The notes beneath the pieces are model-generated. The model searched no databases. It saw nothing but the letters and a program-made list of their open reading frames with translations, and had not been told where the DNA came from. From NCBI GenBank assembly GCA_963822445.1, contig CAWGHO010000003.1:384001-448000 (forward strand): a stretch of 64,000 nt of DNA, written 5' to 3'. Below, piece after piece: positions 59,936-64,000 of this stretch. Position numbers and translations under genes: made by a program. The stretch comes from an uncultured Acidobacteriota bacterium. GTDB taxonomy: Bacteria; Acidobacteriota; Thermoanaerobaculia; Gp7-AA8. How positions within the stretch are numbered: position 1 is the first letter of the stretch; each line of letters starts with the position of its first letter.

Positions 59936-62428
59936 ATGTCTCTCGTAACCGGCTCGCGCGTGGGCGTCTACGAGATCGTCGGCCTCCTCGGCGCCGGCGG
60001 AATGGGGGAGGTTTACCGCGCGCATGACACGCGCCTCGATCGCGATGTGGCGATCAAGGTTCTACCGGAGCGTTCGACCGGCGATCGCGAGGCCGTGGCG
60101 CGATTGCAGTCCGAGGCGCGAACGGCTTCGGCGCTGAACCATCCGAACATCCTTACGATCTACGACGTCGGCGTCATCGACTCCGAACCGCCTCGCGACT
60201 ACATCGCCATGGAGTACATCGACGGCGAGACGCTGCGCGAACGCCTCGGCCGCGCACGCGAACAGGAACCGCTCCTCGACGTGCTGATTCAGGTCGCCGC
60301 GGGGCTGGCAAAGGCTCACGAGGCCAACATCATCCATCGCGATCTCAAGCCGGAGAACATCATGATCACCGGCGACGGCTACGCGAAGATCCTCGACTTC
60401 GGCCTGGCCAAGCTGCTCAGCGGCGAGCTCGATGCGAACGCGAAAACGGCGGCGCTCACGTCCGCGGGAAGAGTCGTGGGAACGCTCGGGTACATGGCGC
60501 CGGAGCAACTGAGCGGGCAAACGGTCGATGCTCGGGTAGACATCTTCGCCTTCGGGTGCATCCTCTACGAGTCGCTGACGGGACGACGTCCGTTCGCGAC
60601 GATCGAGCAACTCTTCTCCGGCAACGCCGCACCTTTGACGGCGCCGCTCGAGCTGCAGCGCATCGTCTGGCGGTGTCTGGCCCGCGATCCGGCTCGACGC
60701 TACGCGAGCATGCGCGACGTGCTGTCCGACCTGCGACGCCGGCGCGCACCGCGCGAGCGCGTGCCGTTGCGGCTCACACAGCTCACCTTCGACAAGCACG
60801 TCGAGCAATACCCGGCCATCTCGCCCGACGCCACGCGGGTGATCTTCAGCCGCGACGTGGGCAAGGTCCGCAATCTGTTCGTGACGACGATCGGCGAGGG
60901 CCGCGACGAGCAGATCACCTCCGGCGACTTCGACGACCTGCAGCCGTCGTGGTCGCCCGATGGCGAGGCGATTCTCTTCGTGCGAGGGAAGACGTCCGGC
61001 TCCCGCGTCGAGAGCTCCGACGTCTTCGGCCGCTACCTCGACGCGGACATCTGGCGTCTCGATCTCGAGTCAAAGAAAAGCACGCTGCTGATCAACGACG
61101 CCGCGAATCCATCCTGGTCGCCGGATGGGACCCGCATCGCGTTCGACGCCGGCCGCGGCGGTCCGCATCGCATCTGGATCGCAGACTCCCGCGGCCGCAA
61201 TCCGCAACAGCTCTCCAGCGACGACACCGACGCGGCGCATCACGTGCGTCCGCGCTGGTCGCCGGACGGCGCTCACGTCGTGTTTCAGAGCCTGGAGGGG
61301 ACGAAGTTCGACGTGCGCGTCGTGAGCGTGGAGAGCCGGCGCACCAACGCCGTGACCGATGACTACACGATGGACATCCAGCCGGTGTGGTCGCCGGACG
61401 GCGAGTGGATCTACTTCTCGTCGTACCGCAGCGGCGGCATCAACGTCTGGCGCATGCCCGTCGATCGCGAAGGGCTGCCCATCGGCGCGATGGAGCAGGT
61501 GACGGCGGGTCCGGGACATGACCTCGATCTCGACATCGCTCCGACGGGTCGGATCGTGTTCGCGATCCTCAAGCAGAACGCGGACATCTGGCGTTTGCCG
61601 GTCGATCCGCAGACCGGCGTGGCCACGGGACCGGCCGAGGAAGTGATCGCCACGACGCGGGAGAACTCGCGTGGGGCCTGGTCGCCGGAAGGACAGACCA
61701 TCGCCTTCAGCTCCGATCGCGGCGGCGAGATGAATCTCTGGCTGATGTCGTTAGCGGATGGACGCACACGGCAGCTGACGAAAGGCGCGGGCGGTGACTT
61801 TCAGCCGAACTGGTCGCCGGACGGAAAGAGCCTGGTGTTCTTCTCCGGCCGCAGCGGCACGCTCGACCTCTGGCGCATCGATGTCGAGCAGGGCTCGGAG
61901 CCGCAGCGGCTGACGCGCGGCGAAGGGATCAACATCAATCCGTTTTACTCGCCCGACGGAGCGAGGATCGCGTTCATGTCCGATCGCGACGGCCGTCTGG
62001 AAGTGTGGGTGATGAACGCGGACGGCTCGGGCGCGCGTGAGCTCACCACCTCCGGTGTGATCGGCCACTTTCTGCGCTGGTCATCGGACGGTCAGCGGAT
62101 CTTCTTCCGCTGCCCGACAGGATCGAAGCCGCGGACGATGACCGTTTCGCTGAACGGCGGCGATGTCGAGCAGACCGCGGAAGTCATCGGCGGCGCGCAC
62201 ATGTCGCTGTCTCCCGATCAGTCGCTGGTGATGGACGTCGTCGCGCACCGCACGCTGTGGGTCTCGCCGCTCAACGGTGAGCCGCCGCGCAAGGTCTTCG
62301 AGTTCGACGACCCCGAGAGCCGCATCGACTATCCGGTCTGGTCGCCGGACGGACGGTGGATCATGTTCGACCGCTTCGTTCCGCACGGCGGGGATGTGTG
62401 GATGGTGGAAAGCGAGGGGAGGGCGTGA
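59936..62428 (+). CDS. Ser/Thr kinase with TolB-like PD40 propellers (no obvious TM)
   Basis: GAGGMGEVY, HRDLKPEN, DFGLAK, YMAPE; about 10 WSPDG repeats. Confidence 0.93.
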   Translation: MSLVTGSRVGVYEIVGLLGAGGMGEVYRAHDTRLDRDVAIKVLPERSTGDREAVARLQSEARTASALNHPNILTIYDVGVIDSEPPRDYIAMEYIDGETLRERLGRAREQEPLLDVLIQVAAGLAKAHEANIIHRDLKPENIMITGDGYAKILDFGLAKLLSGELDANAKTAALTSAGRVVGTLGYMAPEQLSGQTVDARVDIFAFGCILYESLTGRRPFATIEQLFSGNAAPLTAPLELQRIVWRCLARDPARRYASMRDVLSDLRRRRAPRERVPLRLTQLTFDKHVEQYPAISPDATRVIFSRDVGKVRNLFVTTIGEGRDEQITSGDFDDLQPSWSPDGEAILFVRGKTSGSRVESSDVFGRYLDADIWRLDLESKKSTLLINDAANPSWSPDGTRIAFDAGRGGPHRIWIADSRGRNPQQLSSDDTDAAHHVRPRWSPDGAHVVFQSLEGTKFDVRVVSVESRRTNAVTDDYTMDIQPVWSPDGEWIYFSSYRSGGINVWRMPVDREGLPIGAMEQVTAGPGHDLDLDIAPTGRIVFAILKQNADIWRLPVDPQTGVATGPAEEVIATTRENSRGAWSPEGQTIAFSSDRGGEMNLWLMSLADGRTRQLTKGAGGDFQPNWSPDGKSLVFFSGRSGTLDLWRIDVEQGSEPQRLTRGEGININPFYSPDGARIAFMSDRDGRLEVWVMNADGSGARELTTSGVIGHFLRWSSDGQRIFFRCPTGSKPRTMTVSLNGGDVEQTAEVIGGAHMSLSPDQSLVMDVVAHRTLWVSPLNGEPPRKVFEFDDPESRIDYPVWSPDGRWIMFDRFVPHGGDVWMVESEGRA

Positions 62429-62446
62429 CGCCCTCCCCTCGATGTT

Positions 62447-64000
62447 TCAGGGCGTGGTGACGATCACGTCGTCGATGAATGTGTTGTTCCCGTACGCGCT
62501 GATGCCGAGGAAGCCCAGTTGCACGGTGGTTCCCTTGTACGCGGTCAAGTCGATGGTGTGCTGCTTCCAGCCCGTCGATCCGTCGTAACGATTCACCGCC
62601 GTGCCGACGTTCGTCCAGCCGGCGCCGGTCGATACCTGCACCTGCACCTTGTCGATGTACGACGAGTAGCCGGTGTCGTGGTTCATCCAGAACTTCAGCG
62701 TGGCCGTGGTGGCCGTGCCCGGAATCGCGAAGCCTGTCGTGCGGTAGATCCGCGTCTGCGATCCGCTCGAGGCATCGTACGAGTTGAACTTCGCCAGGTA
62801 GCTGCCGCCGTGCGGGGCCGTTGTGGGCAGGGTGCCCGAGGTGTTGAAGGTCCAGTTGCCGGCGGTTCCTGCCACATCGACGATGGCCCAGCCGGTGCTG
62901 ATCTCGAAGCCGTTTGAGAAGAGCGTGATCGGACCGCTGCAGGTGGCCGTGAAGTTCTTGCCGGTCGCATTCGCACCGCTGATCGTCACTGAGAGGCTCG
63001 CCGGCGAGAACGTGCAGCCGCTCTTCGAGGGCGTCACGGTGTAGGTCCCATTGGCGAGACCGGAGATGGTGTAGTTGTTCGAGGCGTCGCTGGTCGCGCC
63101 TTGCGATCCCGCGGTGACCGTCGCGCCCGGCGTTCCGGCGCTGCCGGAGATCGAGTAAGTGGCAACGGGCGTCGTCACGGTGCCGGTCACCGTGAAGCTG
63201 CCGGCGGCATAGCCCTGAACGCCGACCCACCATGTGCCCGAGGCGGGGTTGGTAGCGGAACAGGTCTCGTTGCCGGAGCCGCTGTACGGCCGGCAGATGT
63301 AGGACGACAGCGTCGGTTTCGCGTTGAACTGCGTGTAGATGTCGACGTCGCCGACGGCGTTCGTCGTCGCGAAGGTGAGGTTCGTGGCGCCCGCGGGAAC
63401 GGTGATGTAGTAGTACTTCCAGGCGCCCTGCGCCACGTTCTGGCCGGTCACCGGCACGCCGCTCGTGAGCTGGGTGTCGCCGCTGCCGCAGGAGGCGGTG
63501 AAGCTCGCGGTGACGTTGGCCGAGGTGATGGTCACGGAGCTCGAGGCGGGCGAGAAGGTGCAGCCCGACTTGCTCGGCGTGACTGTGTAAGTGCCCGCCG
63601 CGAAACCGGACATGGCGTAGTTGCCCGAGGCGTCGCTCGTGGTGGATGACGCGCCCGCGGTCACGGTCGCGCCCGAGGTCCCGACGTTGCCGCTGATCGA
63701 GAACGTCGGCGCCGTGCAGTTGGCGGTGAAGTTGACGCCGGTGACGTTCGCCGACGTGATCGTCACGGAGCTCGAAGACGGCGAGAACGTGCAGCCGCTC
63801 TTCGTCGGCGTGACCGTGTAAGTCCCCGCCGCCAGGCTGGCGATCGTGTAGTTGCTCGAGCCGTCGCTGGTCGTCGATCCGGAGCCGGCGGTGACCGTCG
63901 CGCCCGAAGTTCCGGCGCTGCCGGAGATCGAATACGTCGCCGTCGAGCTCGCGGTGATCGGCGCGGTCCAGATCTCTTCCTTGGAGTTGTTGCGGCGATC
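62447..64000 (-). CDS. 3' part of a large extracellular protein: three beta-sandwich repeats, PPC domain, MAM-like C-terminal domain
   Basis: Frame open to the window end; three SISG.AGT.GATVTAG...TYTVTP.KSGCTFSP repeats; WKYY.ITVPAGATNL...GDVDIY...GNETC (PPC). Confidence 0.82.
   Translation of the reverse strand, partial: DRRNNSKEEIWTAPITASSTATYSISGSAGTSGATVTAGSGSTTSDGSSNYTIASLAAGTYTVTPTKSGCTFSPSSSSVTITSANVTGVNFTANCTAPTFSISGNVGTSGATVTAGASSTTSDASGNYAMSGFAAGTYTVTPSKSGCTFSPASSSVTITSANVTASFTASCGSGDTQLTSGVPVTGQNVAQGAWKYYYITVPAGATNLTFATTNAVGDVDIYTQFNAKPTLSSYICRPYSGSGNETCSATNPASGTWWVGVQGYAAGSFTVTGTVTTPVATYSISGSAGTPGATVTAGSQGATSDASNNYTISGLANGTYTVTPSKSGCTFSPASLSVTISGANATGKNFTATCSGPITLFSNGFEISTGWAIVDVAGTAGNWTFNTSGTLPTTAPHGGSYLAKFNSYDASSGSQTRIYRTTGFAIPGTATTATLKFWMNHDTGYSSYIDKVQVQVSTGAGWTNVGTAVNRYDGSTGWKQHTIDLTAYKGTTVQLGFLGISAYGNNTFIDDVIVTTP

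Overview
A GC-rich bacterial chromosomal window. The gene repertoire (Ser/Thr kinases with TolB-like propellers, secreted proteins ending in a basic RRRxVRH tail) suggests Acidobacteriota, possibly Thermoanaerobaculia; this placement is inference. About 55 genes are present. Housekeeping blocks include hemL, ftsEX, nth, rluD, rimP-nusA-infB-DUF503-rbfA, orn and punA/nupC. There are also c-di-GMP proteins, a two-component system with a divergent MacAB-type exporter, polysaccharide enzymes (GH26, PL8, GT4, WcaJ-like) and a decayed or rearranged Rhs polymorphic-toxin island (about 13-22 kb). No tRNA, rRNA or CRISPR array was seen. The strongest unexplained signals are two intergenic repeat systems, each with a candidate cognate protein. 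(1) A solitary GIY-YIG nuclease gene is wrapped in REP-like hairpins (AYCCCGCG-CGAAGA-CGCGGGRT, with a compensatory base-pair change), and two gene-less inverted doublets of the same hairpin occur elsewhere. (2) A four-helix-bundle (IVP/Avd-like) gene is enclosed by inverted tandem octamer arrays, and six further gene-less 7/8-mer arrays share one strand polarity. Other candidates are a C-terminal sorting motif on four secreted proteins, an 880-bp inverted-repeat-bounded non-coding element with attC-like hairpins, a signal-peptide-bearing mini-Rhs ADP-ribosyltransferase-like toxin, and many apparently leaderless promoters. Several +/-1 frame breaks fall in homopolymers and may be sequencing errors.
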